A stretch of DNA of 63,889 nucleotides, the filler included, from Hyphochytrium catenoides (Eukaryota > Protista > Hyphochytriomycota), in NCBI GenBank assembly GCA_900088475.1. It is 7 parts of 7 records of this genome, joined end to end, with 100 filler letters (N's around TTAATTAATTAA, not from the genome) between each part and the next. Parts side by side here need not be neighbours in the genome. Positions count along the whole stretch, not along the records: positions 23,530 to 31,529 come from FLMG01004053.1; positions 31,630 to 53,068 come from FLMG01001284.1; 5 more parts are not named here. One strand, written 5' to 3'. Below the pieces are notes generated by a model. That model ran no database searches, was not told where the DNA came from, and saw nothing but the letters and a program-made list of their open reading frames with translations. The position numbers and the translations under genes were made by a program. Positions 26,501 to 40,156 of this stretch are shown one piece after another. Positions within the stretch are counted from its first letter, which is position 1. Each line of letters begins with the position of its first letter.

Positions 26501-29500
26501 CTGACTTCAAATAGTACTAGAATCATCATCAGTCTTTTGATATATGCGTTCTGGACACCCCTTTGTTCATAGAGCAATAACGTCGATTGCCAACAGTTGG
26601 GTAGTTCCTCCGCCAGTAGGAACTTGGAGGAGGCGCCTACGGTATTTGTAAGAGCAGCCTTCAGGGCAGCTTCTAATCTCTCCATCGCAAGCCTTTCCAC
26701 GAAGATTATTGATATCTTTCATTAACTGGAGCACCGTCCGAAATCGCTGATGTTAGCTGCTATTGTATTCTCTTTGTTGCTTACCCTTCAAACTCTATAT
26801 ATTTTTCCTCCCTCTTCTTCTCTCAGTACCCTTTCAACTATGGGTTTTAGTAGTTTTGCGATCTACAGTCTTCTCTGAACCTCTCAACTAGTAGGTCAAT
26901 AGTTAGCCAGTTTGTCTATCTCTGGGTTGTCAACGGGAAGGGCATTAGCGATGGAACTCCTTATAATGCTTTTTGTCTAGGACAGGGATTGTAACAACCT
27001 CATATTTATACATACTTCTTCGCCAGAAAGAAGAATGATCTTCCATGATGAGAAGGAAAGTCTAAAGACATTGCAACTACTGTTTCTTTTGCTTATCCTC
27101 CTGTCTGCCTGTTACAAAATAACAATAGCAACAATCCATGAGAATGCTCTTCCGATTGATGAGGAGTGTCCCTCTTCAAACTGATGATCATTTTTCGGGC
27201 AGGTAGAGATCTAGCAGGTTTTGTTGTGCTCCTCCTGCTCCATCTTTTTAGCTCTCGATATACGAATACTCAAAAGACTTCGGTTATGCTAAATCTTCCT
27301 TTCTTGATTCAGAGAACATGTTATCAAGGGGCCTTCATGGGCTCTTAACCAAGCCCATCTATCTTCGTCTCCAACCTGGCTTCTTCTGTCTCTCTTTCCT
27401 TTGTTTGTCGGCCTCCTTTTATCCCTTGGAAGAGGTTTTTCCTGATTGTTAATTAGTTCTTATTAGTGATGATCTGTAACAATTGATAAGAAGGAAAGGA
27501 AGAAGAAAAAGAAGAGGAAGAAGAAATGGAAGAGGCAAGAGCTACGAAGAAGTCTTGGTCTCTTCAATTTTTCCTTCTCTAACACTCGTTATCAGAAAAA
27601 GAAGAATCGTAAGTGATTTGTTCTTCAGCAATACTTTTAGGAGGGTCGACGAGAGGGCGGGAGAAGAACAAAAGCACCAAGGCTATCGCCCCTCTCTATG
27701 AGACAGGTAATACTAACAGAAGGGCCTAAGCGGCTGACGACGAGGAAGAAGAATACGCTTCAGAAATCGAAAGCGCAATTCCTAGCGGATGACAAACCAA
27801 AACCGTGTATGAAGAACGTGAGGTTTACGTAGGCTGTGAGCCCCACAGTAATCTTGCCCCACAGCATCAAGTGAAGTGCATCACCTTGGAGTAAAGAAGA
27901 AAAAACATGGCATAGCACCTCCCCAAGACTCCCAAATTGGCGGAAATAATTGCAGCCCTAAAACCTGACAGCGAGCCTTCATCTTTCTTATCTTAATCTT
28001 TTAGGAATACCCGACTTATGATGGGCAGTTCGGACGGCTGCAGTAGAAAAGCTCAGATTTGCTGCAAGTTCCTGATGCTACCATTTTTTAATAACACAAA
28101 GTAATAAATGACTCCTTAGTAATTAACTACCAGAGAAGTAGGGGAAGGATACAAGAAAAGGAGAGAAGAAAATGACAAAAGAAGATAGAAGAATTAGGAA
28201 GTGTACCTAAGACTGATTCTCTCAGATCCTGGTCGCCCTCCTCTTAAGAGTGTATTCCTTAGTTACTGGTGTTTACGTGCATAGCTCAGGAATCATATTC
28301 GGGATCATACGGGGACTGTATTCGCATAAAATATGTACTGTAGGAAGATAAGGAAGTGCCCAACCTACTCAGTATCGATCCTCTTCTTCTACGTACTTCT
28401 AACCCAGTGGTAGTAGAGGGTGGATGGAGAAAATGATAACTGTTTCTCCTTTCTCACAGGAGCTAACATGATGGATACCTTCGACTCTACTGTGCCAGCC
28501 GTAAATAAATGCATGCAACAGCAGCTGCTAAAGCGAAGATGATTGATAGATATATTTATCGGAGAAGCTTGGAGGAACGAGAGAGGAGGATTACTAGCAG
28601 AAGCGCTACTAGTGCCGCATTATTTGTAACAGCAGGTCTAATGCTCTCGTTTTCGCCACTGTTGGGAATGTTGGAAGCAGGAGGAGGAAGATTGTGGTGT
28701 TTGAATGTAACTTTTTTGGTCCACCTAAAGACGACAAAAGATAAATGCAAAAACGCTTGATGGTAAACCGTGTGGTGCAATGTGCAGGATAAACCTTCTC
28801 CTCCTCTTGTTATCGCAGAGGAAGTTCAAGTAGCTCTTGTTGTCTCTATTTCTTCTTCACCTTTTTCTCCCTCTTCTTCTTCTATTTTTCCCCCTTATTA
28901 TTATTGTGAGCAGCAGTAGGCAAAACAACAAAAACAGAAAGACAAGAACATTCTTTTATGTGTAGTCGGAGACTCGCCCTAGCAAAGACCGACAGAAGAG
29001 GCACACGTCCGCTGAACTAGAAGCTTCAGCTTTGCAGCATGAGAAAGCTGATGGTAGTGAAGTGAAGGAAAGAAGTGCACTGGTAGAACTTTCCCCGAAG
29101 TATAGTGCATACGCTGCTACTAATCGACTTCGAGTAGGTTGACAATGGGTAGTAGGAATTCCTACTTCACAGAGCAATCCACCATGGCTCAAGTCAAGAT
29201 TTGTCATTCTGCGACGACTCCCTGCTCTTCAGCGTAGTAGATTTTTGGCGCAGCAAATATTTGCCGTCTACCTTGCTAGAAATGGGCTTTATTTCTTTCC
29301 ATCTCATCGCCTCTTGATCCATAGTTGCTAGAGATAGTAAATACATCAATTAGTCAAAAGAACCACCTCAAAATACAGAGCGCTATTTTTTGAAAAACGA
29401 TAATGAAAACTTGGTTCCGTTTTGTTCTTCTCTTCTTCTGGCCCTGCTAGCCTCTTCTCTTGTTTCTCTTCGAATTCCTATTTTTTTCATCTCGTCTTGT

Positions 29501-31529
29501 TTTCCAAACCGTAGTAACTCTATTAGTCACTCCTAATTACTTGCTCCCTAACAAAAGGCCACTGAAAAGAAAAACTTCGCCATTAAAAAGAAGATAATGA
29601 AGAAGACAAATGATGGAGGTAGTTGTAGGATGAAGGGATTCCATGATAGAAGCCCGGTTATACTGTCCACAACCACCTCTCTCATAGTTATTCCTTCTTT
29701 ACTCGTTTGACGTCGTCGTCACTTGAAGCAGCTCATCCTCCCTTCCTTTGTAATCAAGAAGGGTGAAGAGTAAAAATTCGAGTTCTTGAATATCTATATA
29801 TGATAAGAAAGCTAGTGGGTTGATGAAAATGCTCAGATCTGTTCCCTAACCACCCGACCAACCAGACCAAGGATAAGAAGAATGGGGAGGAGACAGACTG
29901 AGATCATATGAACAAAAGATTTAAACGGCAGCTGAACAGGTGAGAAGAACGAGAAGGCGTAGAGAAGAAGAGAAAGAGCAAAACGACGAGAAGACGGACA
30001 TGAAACGGAGGAGAGAATATAACCGAAGTATAATTCACTATTGATCATTCCGTGCTGATCATATCCTCTTATCCTCTACTGTCAATCACCCATTATGAAG
30101 AATTGAAAGCAGACAGATTGAAAGGAACATAGATAATCAAGAGCCGCTGATTAAGAAAAGAGGAACGAAGGGGTGAAAATGAGAAGAAAGAAGTAAACAA
30201 ACGAGTCAATGAACAACAAGGGCAAAAGAAGAAATAAGGCAAGGATATTCACCACCACTATCTTTTATAATCTTATTTGTAATAGTAGTCAGTTCTGACG
30301 TTTCACTGCTCTAAGCAAAGAGCAGATAAAAGGATGGACTCCGCTTTGCCAGAGGAAGATGAGGATTGTTCAGACCACTCGTCGAATAGAAGGTGGAGGG
30401 ATGATAGTACTGTACCTCCTGCAGATTACTCATAATGATCTTGATAAATGTATTACGCCAGCGGATCATGAAATCGAGGAATAGACCTGTGAACGAAGCA
30501 CAAGAGAGGACACAATAATACGAGACGAAAAGGCTCAACAAGGCTTTTTACGCTTGAACACACCACAGCTCTATTTGATTGATGTCCAGTTCCGTACAGT
30601 GCGGTGAGTACCCAGCGGGTCCTAATCCCCGAGGTGCCAACCAGCAAAAATGGGTGTAGAACCAAGGCGCTTACTACTTCCAACACAGCGTACAGTACTC
30701 CTAAAGTTTCCGTTGGCCAATCACAGTGGAGTCTTGACGTTTGTAAGGGGTCCTGTCAAGTGAAAGTGTAAAAAGGAAAGACGAAGCGTCCTACCTCCGT
30801 CGTCGTTGTGCGGTGGTACAGCTTAGTTGTACACAGCTTGGTCTATTGGCTTGAAGAAATGTACAAATGCGACATCAAGGCGGATGGGGCCACCTAAGAT
30901 GCACAGCGCTATACTTTATTCTGCACTTATTGTGGGGACGGGTGGGCCCATTGCGTTTTGGGGAGGGAAGGCCGATCTTCAACAGGTTTGTGAGGATGAG
31001 AACAGGGAACACTCACGTCTTATCCAGCATCTTAGGCGCGAGCAGTGGACCTGCCAAATCGCACTGTAGATGCTGCTCGCTAGAGCAACCTCGACAAGAC
31101 CTCATAGCTTAGCAGGGAAAGTGTCAACTGTTCTCCTTTCTCTCAGACTCGCTCGCACTACAGGAAGTTCTTACCCTTTGCTTTTACCAGGTACATCACC
31201 TCTAGGTGCGTAGAACAACAACGGCGAGAGGATGCACTAGAACCACCTTGTTGTTGAGCCCTTTGTTGGTCTCTGTCTTTCAGGCCCTTCGTTCTTTGAT
31301 CGATAGCATGCACTCTGGCTTTCTTTGGGAGAGGGAGGCGACTTTCAATGCTGATAGAATACCACCGAGCAATCAGGAAGGCCTCCTTGTGATGGTAGGA
31401 GAGGAGAGCCGATATTGGTCATCTGTCACCTTCGCTCGCTCCCTTCGTCTTGGCATTCTTGGATGGGAGCGATGAGGTGTCTTGTCTCGTCTCGTCTATC
31501 TCCTCTCACTCTTTCACCATCCCAAGGTT

Positions 31530-31629
31530 NNNNNNNNNNNNNNNNNNNNNNNNNNNNNNNNNNNNNNNNNNNNTTAATTAATTAANNNNNNNNNNNNNNN
31601 NNNNNNNNNNNNNNNNNNNNNNNNNNNNN
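31530..31629. other. Artificial contig-joining spacer
   Basis: N-TTAATTAATTAA-N, 100 nt. Confidence 0.97.
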
Positions 31630-32588
31630 TTTCTCCCTCATGTTGGCTGTGACCAACCGAACGTCACCCGACTCCCTCTGTGCATACTGCCGAAGAGAGA
31701 GAGAGATGAGAGAGAGAGATGGAGAGAGAGAGAAATGTGGGCAGCCTCCACCAGCAGTGCGGTTCATTAGGGAGCAGAGTCTTTTGTCTCCTCCGACTTA
31801 CCCTGGAAAATAAACGTACGGACTGACAACATTTTCCTCCTCTCTCTTTCCTCTTTCTCTCTCTCTCTCTCCCTCCTCCACTTTCTTTCTGCCATTCCAC
31901 CTTCCACAATAGAAGAGACACCCTTGCTTTTTTCCTCTCTCTCTCATCAGAGCAGTCCGTACCAGGGGGAAGGCCTCTCTCTTCCTGCTAATCTGTCTCT
32001 TTCCTCGTCTTTCTCTTTCCTCAGCTTCTCGGGTCTATCTCTCCTTTATCCTCCATGAGGGTTGGGCTTGCAAAGCAAAGACAGAACAGAAGACCGGCGA
32101 GAGGAAAACCCTTGCACCGCGACCTGTGTACCGACAGGTTCAGTTTCTCCTCTCTTTCTATCTTTGTCTCTTTCTCTTCTTTGCTCGCGTTCTCTCTTCC
32201 CCGCATTCTCTCTCTTCTTTCCCGCCTCCCATTGTCACACTTCCCCTTTCTCTCTTCTCAGTCAACCGTTCCTCTCTTTCCTTGCCCCGCCCGCCCCACC
32301 GTCGGGAGAGAAGAGAGAAGAGAACTGCTTCTTTGATCGCCAAAAGCTCCGTTCACTTTCCCTCTTCCCACAAGCAAAGAGCAAACGGGACAGTGTGGTC
32401 TCTGTTCGACGCTTCCGCGGGCAGTGCGCGATCAAAAAAAAGTTGACACAGAGCAGTCAGAGGAAGAAGAGAGACAAGAGAGGAAGTTTGAAGAGAAAGG
32501 GAAGACCATCAGAGCTTCTTCTTTCCGCACTTTCTCTCTCTCCTCCTCTTGCTCAGATCGTAATTTGTTAGCTTCTAGATAGAGAACA

Positions 32589-33497
32589 ATGGAATTCGTG
32601 GTGCGAGTCAACAGTCTGGATGGCTCTCTTCCTCCTTCTCCTCCTTCCTCTGCCTCTCCTCAGTCTTCAATAGTGATTAGCGCTCCTCCTGCCGCGCCAA
32701 CAGCGGCGACACCTTCTCTTGCCCAGTCCGAAGTATTGAGAAATATCATTGCTAGGATCCTGATGCTCCCAAGAGAGATGATCAACGGCCATTGTCAGAC
32801 CATGAGCAGCCCCACGTCTAGCCAGTTTATTCACAATCTCCGATGCGTTAGGCCGACAAAGGTTCTCAAGCAAAATGCCTGCGTTATATGTATGGACAGC
32901 CTGTGCTCTAAGATCACAAGGTTGCCTTGTAAGCATGCCTTCCACAAGGCTTGCCTTGTCGAGTGGCTAAAGAACCATAATACCTGCCCAAGCTGCCGGC
33001 ATGAGCTGCCTAAAGAGCCACGACCCGTGGTGCAGATGCCACCGCTCTCTCTCCCTCTTGCACCTCTACCTACTCTCCCTATCACCGGTGCGCCAACAGT
33101 CCCTAGCCAGCCAGTGCCTCTCAACCCAGCAGGCACACTTCTCCCTATCCTCCCTCTGACCACCACCTCACCAAGTGGAAGAAGAATCAGAGCCGTAGTC
33201 ACTGCTAGGATTAGACGCGTACAGCCTGGAGACGCAGGAAGGACGCCTATTATTAGGATCAGGAGATTCTTTGTCCAGAATCCCAATGGACAGGGCGCCA
33301 CAGTCTCTCCTAATGCTGCTGTGCCACCCAGTGCACACTTCGTAGATGTTCCCGCCAATGTGGGACATGTTAGTCAGGCTCAAGCTGGAGCGCATCCTGA
33401 GGTGCGGACGACCGGAAGGAGACAGAGGGCGGAGATGGAGGAGGAGATGGAGAGAGTGATCAAGAAGCCCCGTGTGGAGGATGTCTCTCTGGCTTAG
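32589..33497 (+). CDS. RING-H2 finger protein (putative E3 ubiquitin ligase), intronless
   Basis: 302-aa ORF with CVIC...[26 protein letters not shown] (C3H2C3 pattern), Pro-rich flanks and a possible C-terminal NLS (KKPR). Confidence 0.9.
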   Translation: MEFVVRVNSLDGSLPPSPPSSASPQSSIVISAPPAAPTAATPSLAQSEVLRNIIARILMLPREMINGHCQTMSSPTSSQFIHNLRCVRPTKVLKQNACVICMDSLCSKITRLPCKHAFHKACLVEWLKNHNTCPSCRHELPKEPRPVVQMPPLSLPLAPLPTLPITGAPTVPSQPVPLNPAGTLLPILPLTTTSPSGRRIRAVVTARIRRVQPGDAGRTPIIRIRRFFVQNPNGQGATVSPNAAVPPSAHFVDVPANVGHVSQAQAGAHPEVRTTGRRQRAEMEEEMERVIKKPRVEDVSLA

Positions 33498-33916
33498 ACC
33501 AAGCCGATTGCCTGAGGCTTTCTCTCTGTGGCACGCCTCTCTATGTGTCTTCCTCTCTGTTTCGTCCTTCCTTGCGCTCAGTATTTAACGGTTACACTGT
33601 GTACACATATAATCTGCCATAAATATTTATTGCTCTACTACCAAGAAACGTGATAGATTGTTTACGCCATAGTCCCTATAAAGGCTCTCTCTCCCTCTCT
33701 CTTTGCCTCTTCGTAGACATGAAAGAGCGACTCTTTTTGCCTTGTGACGCTTTGATGGAGATCTCTTTGGAACAAAAGACCCTCTTTGACAGCTATCCCT
33801 TCGGTCTTCCTACCCCTATAAGCATCCTCTCCTTGTCCGTCTTGCTGCATCCCTCTGCTATTGGAACTCAGGCATGTGCTTGGTGGGCTGCATTTATTAG
33901 GAAGATCACTTTTGTT

Positions 33917-35710
33917 TCACATAAAGTCCTCTTCATAGTCAACAGCGGCACTCGCGTCAGCTGTGGCGCGATGTTCCTTATTACTCTTCATCTTCTCCTC
34001 TTGGAAGACAGAAGAATATGAGCGCATTTCCATCTCTTTCTTCCTCTCCTCTGCTAACCGCTTTGCCTATAAGAGAGGACGTGTTACTTTTGTAGCAGTA
34101 TCAAAAGAGATAAGCGTAGCCATCCTCCTACCTCGGCCTGCTGAGCTACTCTGTGAGCCTTCCTCTGTGCCTTGATCTTTTGTTCTCGTCGTCTTTTTTC
34201 CTCTAAACAGCATGACCAATAAGCAAACCGTTTGAGAAGCATAAGTCTGCGACCTCATGCAACTTCCAAGGCAGCTAGCAAGTCAAGAAAGAAGGCTTTC
34301 CAAGGGGGGATGGACGAGGGAGGAAGGTTCCGAATAGAGAGCCATAAATTGTGAAGGACAAAGAAGAGGAGTCGACGGGCGGTGATGCCTACCTTCTAAA
34401 TCGGGGTAGAGCTCCTGTTTGGTCTTGTTGAGCGCTTTCAGCATGTCCTTGTTCTTCTCCTGCACCACATATTTCCTCACCTGCAGACACCCATCGAGCA
34501 CGCCGGCCGCAGGGACGAGGCGGATAGCCAGCGGATAAGATAAGAGGAAGAGATAAAGAGGAAAAGGAAGGTTGAAAAAGAGAACAGTAAGGGCATTCAG
34601 AGAAAAACACACAGACGCTGAGTAGCGGAGGACATAGCTATGTTGCCGAGGTCCTGACTCGCGGACCTAAAGAAGAGGGCGAGATAAGACTGCAATAGTA
34701 CTGACCTTGGACTCATCATGGAAGCCCACTTGTCCCACTTCCATTGACTGAGTCTTCCTAAGGTTCTCATACGGAGTGTAGACCTAACAGGTCATCAGGA
34801 TGTAAGATCCCATGAACGGAAAATGCCCACTTGGACAGAAGGACAAGAGGAAGACGCGTGCATGCAGGAAGTGAGGACAATCCAGAGCGAGAGACTGAGA
34901 CAGAGAGACAGACGGACAGGCAGAGAGTACGAGAGAGAGAATGAGAGATGAACAGATGAAGAGAAAAGCCGACCACTGTGACAGTTTTCTTCTTGCATCC
35001 TTCTATTGAGTTCTCTTTGACAAGTTGTGAGCACTCTTCAAGCGCTTGGGGGGAAATATCATCGAGGGAGCACTTGTCCTGCAAAAGCATCGAACTGAGT
35101 CTGGCGGGCCACGACTGATTGAGACAAAATGGCTACGAGAGAGGGGAGAAAGTGGAGCATCAAGAGGGGAAAAGTGGACGCTAGTGCAGGAGTCAGAGGA
35201 GAGGAGGAAGACGAAGAGAGAGCGCAAACCATACCAGAAGAAGAGAGAGAACGAAAACAGCATAGTATGAGATAGGTAGAGTATTGACGGATGGAAAGAA
35301 TAGGTAGACCTATCAATAAGAGTGAAGAAATCAGGGGAGGTGGGAGATTATAGTCGACAAATCGTGCGACAGAGTAGAGTTATACCTGCGGCAGACGTAA
35401 GTAGACGTGCGCCGAGGAGAGATTATCCACATGGAACCTGAGAGAGGATAGCCATGGAGTTAGGCAACGGAAAGGAGATGATGAGGAAAGAGAACTACGG
35501 TCCTTCAGAAGCCAAAAGAGAAAGCGCTTACCATACGTCCTCTGTGAAGCCGTAACGCAATAAATCTTCGTTCTCAAACTTGTCTTTTCCCATATACATG
35601 ATTATGCCCTCTTTATCATAATAAAGGCGAGTGTGAGCAAGCTCAGTCAAGCCCCACCAGCCTGGATCAAAATGAGGAGAGATACCTGAAGACGTGAAGT
35701 AGAACACCAT
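33917..35710 (-). CDS. CCDC25: CCDC25/Jlp2-like protein (NFACT-R family), 8 exons
   Basis: Spliced: [52 protein letters not shown]/...[15 protein letters not shown].../[22 protein letters not shown].../...RSYSSVF...EEDFM* (TGA 33917-33919). Confidence 0.95.
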
Positions 35711-38150
35711 CGTTCTTCGTCTAGATAAAGAAAGAGACCGTAATCTTTAACCGGAAGGATGTGGAGCAAAGGCCCGACTTTCACTTAAGCAACTTTTGGT
35801 CCCGTTGGTTTCTAGAGAAGCATTAATAGCCAGCCAGCAGGAGCGCCTCAGATGGCAGTAGATGAAGATTCTGAAGCTGCAATAAACTCTTTCTTCTGAA
35901 GCTTCTACTCATCGCGATTTCTGATGAACCACAAGCCGCCATAGGAGCAACCTCCCTAAGCACCATAGCCTGGGTAGCCAGGGCTTTCCCTCAGGAGGCC
36001 AAGCTATTAGAGCTCTGTAGAAATCAGTAGGGGTGGCCCCTAGCTACGCAGGTAGGTACCTCTTGCTTATCTGGGTTTGCCTTTAGCAGGGTATATAACG
36101 TCGACCCATACTACCCATAATAGCTAATAGCTTCTTATTCACAATTCACTCAAACTATTGTGGGAATATTCTCATACATACCTTGATAACCTTGTAAGGC
36201 ATCCATTTAGATGACCTGGGTGGGTATATAGGGTCTTCTCTCCTCTTCATTAGTAGTGAGTAGTCTGCGTCCTCTTTATTTTCCTTCTTCATCATCCATC
36301 ATCATCATCATTATCAACAACCCGACCAGCATCAGAGGCTGTCAAGGACAAGCAAGCCATTATCTCTTCCTAATATTTATATAAGAAGAAGAAGAAGAAG
36401 AAGTAGTGGTGGTGATGGCTGATTATGCAGCAGCAGGTTGGGTTGCGTCAACAACCGCGTGCGTACTTATTATGGAGGAGGAGGAGGAGGTGGAGAACGA
36501 AGAGGAGGAAGAAGAGCTCTTTCTTGTAATAATATCAGTTCTTCATCGGTGGGTGCTGCTGCTGCAAGAGAATCGCTGTTGCCTACTGTCGTAGTAGATG
36601 GTAATGGCCTGCTCCGCCAGCTGTAACTAGCTGCTTATCGAGTTGTTGTTGATGGTCTGGGGCCGGTACCACTGCTGAAGGTGTTAGTGTTTCTTGCTTG
36701 GGCAGGAGATGAAGAAGTAGTAGTGGAAGACGGACGTCTCTTCTTCTTCTGCAGGTAGATCACCACCACCACCACCACTACGATGATAACATATAGCTCT
36801 TTCCCACTACTACGAAGTTCCCTCTTCCCCTTTCAAAAAAATATATAATAAATGATGGTGGCCGGCTTAGCACCAGCATAGCATAGAAGAATTTATCTAT
36901 GCAAAGAGCAGCCAGTGGGCATCATATCGTCACAAATACTTTAGCGGCAAAAAGAAGCGTCATGGAAGGTGAAGACAATCAGCCGGAGGAAGCAGCAGCT
37001 GAGAGTTGATCTCCTAGTAGTAAGACTACGCTCATTTAGAACAAATTTTGTTCTCAACTGTAGAACAGCAGGGTGGCGGATAGCTGGATGCCTTTTTCTT
37101 CTAAAAAAAGTAAAGAATGAGAAGAGCGTTGGCGTGGTAGAGGGTCGCTCTTTATTACTCCTTCAAGGAAAAAGACAGCGTTAAGAAAGGAACCAGCAGC
37201 AGCACCTACGATTGTCGCTGGCTGCTTACACTATCATCTATTCAGGTGGCATCCTTCGTCCTCCATCATTACTACTCGACTATAGATAATGCTTTTCCTC
37301 GAGCCCACAATGGTTGCTTTATCATCAGCACCTTGAAATAGTTGCTGTCTAGGTTGGCAACCACCTACAGGCTCGCCACAATCATCCTTCAACACGAGTT
37401 ATAAAGGTTGAAGACAAGCAACAAAGCAAACAAGCAAAGGATTCGCCACAAGCGCAAAAAAAGAAAGCAGCAAGCGAGCAAGGTCTCCCTATAAGTTCCA
37501 CCACTGCTCACTATTATTTTTTATAACATAAGGAGGCAAGTTCACCAATGACTGATGCACAGGAGGGAGGGTCGGGCAAACTGTGGGAAAGGCTAGAGAA
37601 GGCGACACAAGTGATCATCACTCCTCCTCCTCCGCCTCCTGCTCCGCCTCAGCTCCACAGATAAAAAGAGAGAGACGAGGACCATCAGTGAATAAAGAAA
37701 GATGTTGATGGAAAAGATACCACGACACAAAAAGGACAAAAAGGGTGTCATAGCCCACATTGCAATAAATGCGATAATAAAAAGCCGGCATGTATCTCTT
37801 TATCGATTTGCACTAGACTTGCTACAAATAATTATATCTTATCTGTTCAGCCAAAGCCAGGGAACCTAAATTAAAAAGAATATATAAGGACAAAGTAAAG
37901 TAACGAGAGGCATTGAATGTATGGCTAATTGGTACAACATGTAATGTATGGGCGGTTTTGTCCTAGAACGGGACTATTTTTGGCGCTTGCGTTCCCCCCC
38001 TTCGCCCAGCGGAATTGGTCACCTTACCACTAATAAAATGTTAGGGAACGGCACTGATCCCCCCTTAATGTCCCTTGTTGTCCCCCTTTCCTTTGTTGTT
38101 TGGCATTGTAAGGCCAGCAGAAGGTTTGATTTTAGGAAGTATCCAAAATA

Positions 38151-38218
<68 letters not shown>

Positions 38219-38654
38219 TCTCTCTCTCTTATCGCTCTCTCTCACTCACTCTCTCTCTCTCTCTATGTAAATCTCTCTCTCTCACTCTCTTTCTCTCTCT
38301 CTCTCTATGTAAATCTCTATCTATCTATCTATCTATATCTATCTATCTACACCTCTATCCCTATCTCTCTCTCTCTCTAGCTCTCCCTCTATCTCACGCA
38401 CACTCCATAGATCTACCTACACTCTTTTTGTCTCTTCTCTCCTATCGTTCTTCCTTTTCTCTCTCTCTCTTCTTTCTCCTCATCTGCCTCTTCTTTCCTC
38501 CTCCTCGGTCCTTAGTTCTCTGGATGTGAAGAGACAACAGAACGACCAAGAAAACGGTGGAGGGGAGGAAAGGTAGGAAAGGAAGGTATGAGGAGAGGAT
38601 GGCGCATCAGCAGAGTTCGGGGTGGAGAGACTTTCGTGGGCGGAGAGCACAGAG

Positions 38655-38699
<45 letters not shown>

Positions 38700-39189
38700 A
38701 GGATGATGATGCAGGAGACAGGTGCTTGCGAGTGATAAGAACAACGCCCTACTTCTGTCTCCCTTCTTCCTTCCCCCTCTTCTACCAAGACTTGCTTGCA
38801 AGCCGCCATTCCTTGTGAGAGCCTCGTCTATGGGAGAGAAGAGGAGGTAAATGACGAGAGGACCAAAGTGGCGCAGTCTCTCAATGTGAACACGAATTTT
38901 CTATGGAGTTTATAATCAACAGGAAAGAGTGTAAGTTGTTGAGCTCAAAGAGCAAGAGAAGAGACTCAAAAATGGGCTGATGAAGGAGATAGAGCCATGG
39001 GATGGCGGCTGCGTTGGCTTGAGCGAGGCGCCCGTTCAATCGTCCTTGGCGCAGCAGCAGCCACCAAGAGAGAGAGTCTTCATTATCTGTCTTTCCACCT
39101 TGAAGACAGCGTTCAACTCTCTCCTCTCTGGTTAATAAGGAAGAAGAAAGAAATATAGACCGCCACTGCTGAGGAGTGAAGACAAAACC

Positions 39190-40156
39190 ATGGCTCGTTC
39201 TTTCTTATCATCGTTGAGGGCAGCGACTGTCCTTCTCTCTTTCACTTCGCTTGCTCTCTTTCGCGAAAGTGAGGCGCAGTCATGCTCTAGCAGCTTGGAC
39301 TGCCCTAATCCTGAGCCTTGGAAGGACACCGTTGTCTCCTGTGGCTGTCCGGATGGTCTTCCTTCTACCACTTGCATCACGCCCACGGTGACTGGCGGCT
39401 TTATCACGTACGTTCTTCTATCTTCTCCAGCTCCTAGTACTTTCTTCTTCTCCGCCGCCCGTCCTCCATCCCCCATTCTCTCTACCTATCCTCTCCTTCA
39501 TCGCGTTACTTCTGTCATTATGGCTCCTCCCGCCCGCCAGCTTACCTTGGTTGTTGCCTCTCTTTTCTAGGGGTGGTGTCTGCTACATTATCACAGAGAC
39601 AGGCATCTCCTGTTCAGCCAAAGGAGGGAAGCGGGACAGCCCAACTGGACTGCAAGAAGACTGTCCGACGAAGGGACAAACCTGCATTGGACGTGGAGCG
39701 CTGGTTGGCGAGTGCGTAGAGAGCAAACTAGCAAATCCCTCTGCCACTCCTTCCCCTTCTCCTTCCTCTTCGTCGTCCTCGTCGCCGCGTCCCACAACCA
39801 GCAGGACCACCACCACTCTTAGGACTCCGACTACCTCTGGCTCCCCTTTCCTTACCACTACGGCAGTGCCAACCTCTGCTAATGATGAGACTGAAGCTCC
39901 CTCAGAAGACGACGACCCGCTGTTTCCTACCTCTCCGCAAAGACCGACCACAGATGTTCCTGTTACCATTGGAGACGACGGCATATCTACGGCTCCGGAC
40001 AGCGGCAAGGGAGACGCAAACGCGGATCCTACTACTGAGCCCAAAGCTACTTCTGCTCCTCCCGGCAGCGGGGCCTCCTCCACTTTTTCCTCTTCTCTTC
40101 TCATCTTTTCTTCGCTCATCGTCGGGACCCTTACCACGGTTCTGACTGCAGCTTGA
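39190..40156 (+). CDS. Secreted Cys-rich, Ser/Thr/Pro mucin-stalked, putatively GPI-anchored surface protein (2 exons)
   Basis: Signal-peptide-like MARSFLSSLRAATVLLSFTSLALFRESEA. Intron 39408-39570 (GTACGT...TTCTAG) joins the two ORFs in frame. A 10-Cys domain precedes an S/T/P-rich stalk and a hydrophobic end SGASSTFSSSLLIFSSLIVGTLTTVLTAA* with no cytosolic tail. Confidence 0.8.

Noticed and set aside
31030-31230. Gypsy integrase/chromodomain-like words (MYLVKAKG, WQVHCSRL) on the minus strand
   Set aside because: The matches are short, separated by stops, and in the reverse order to that expected in chromoviral pol.
36470-36820. Minus-strand TM-like frame YVIIVVVVVVVIYLQKKKRR as a receptor pseudogene
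   Set aside because: The poly-Val and poly-Lys derive from (GTG)n and (AAG)n triplet repeats, a TAA stop follows at 36635, and no gene context is evident.
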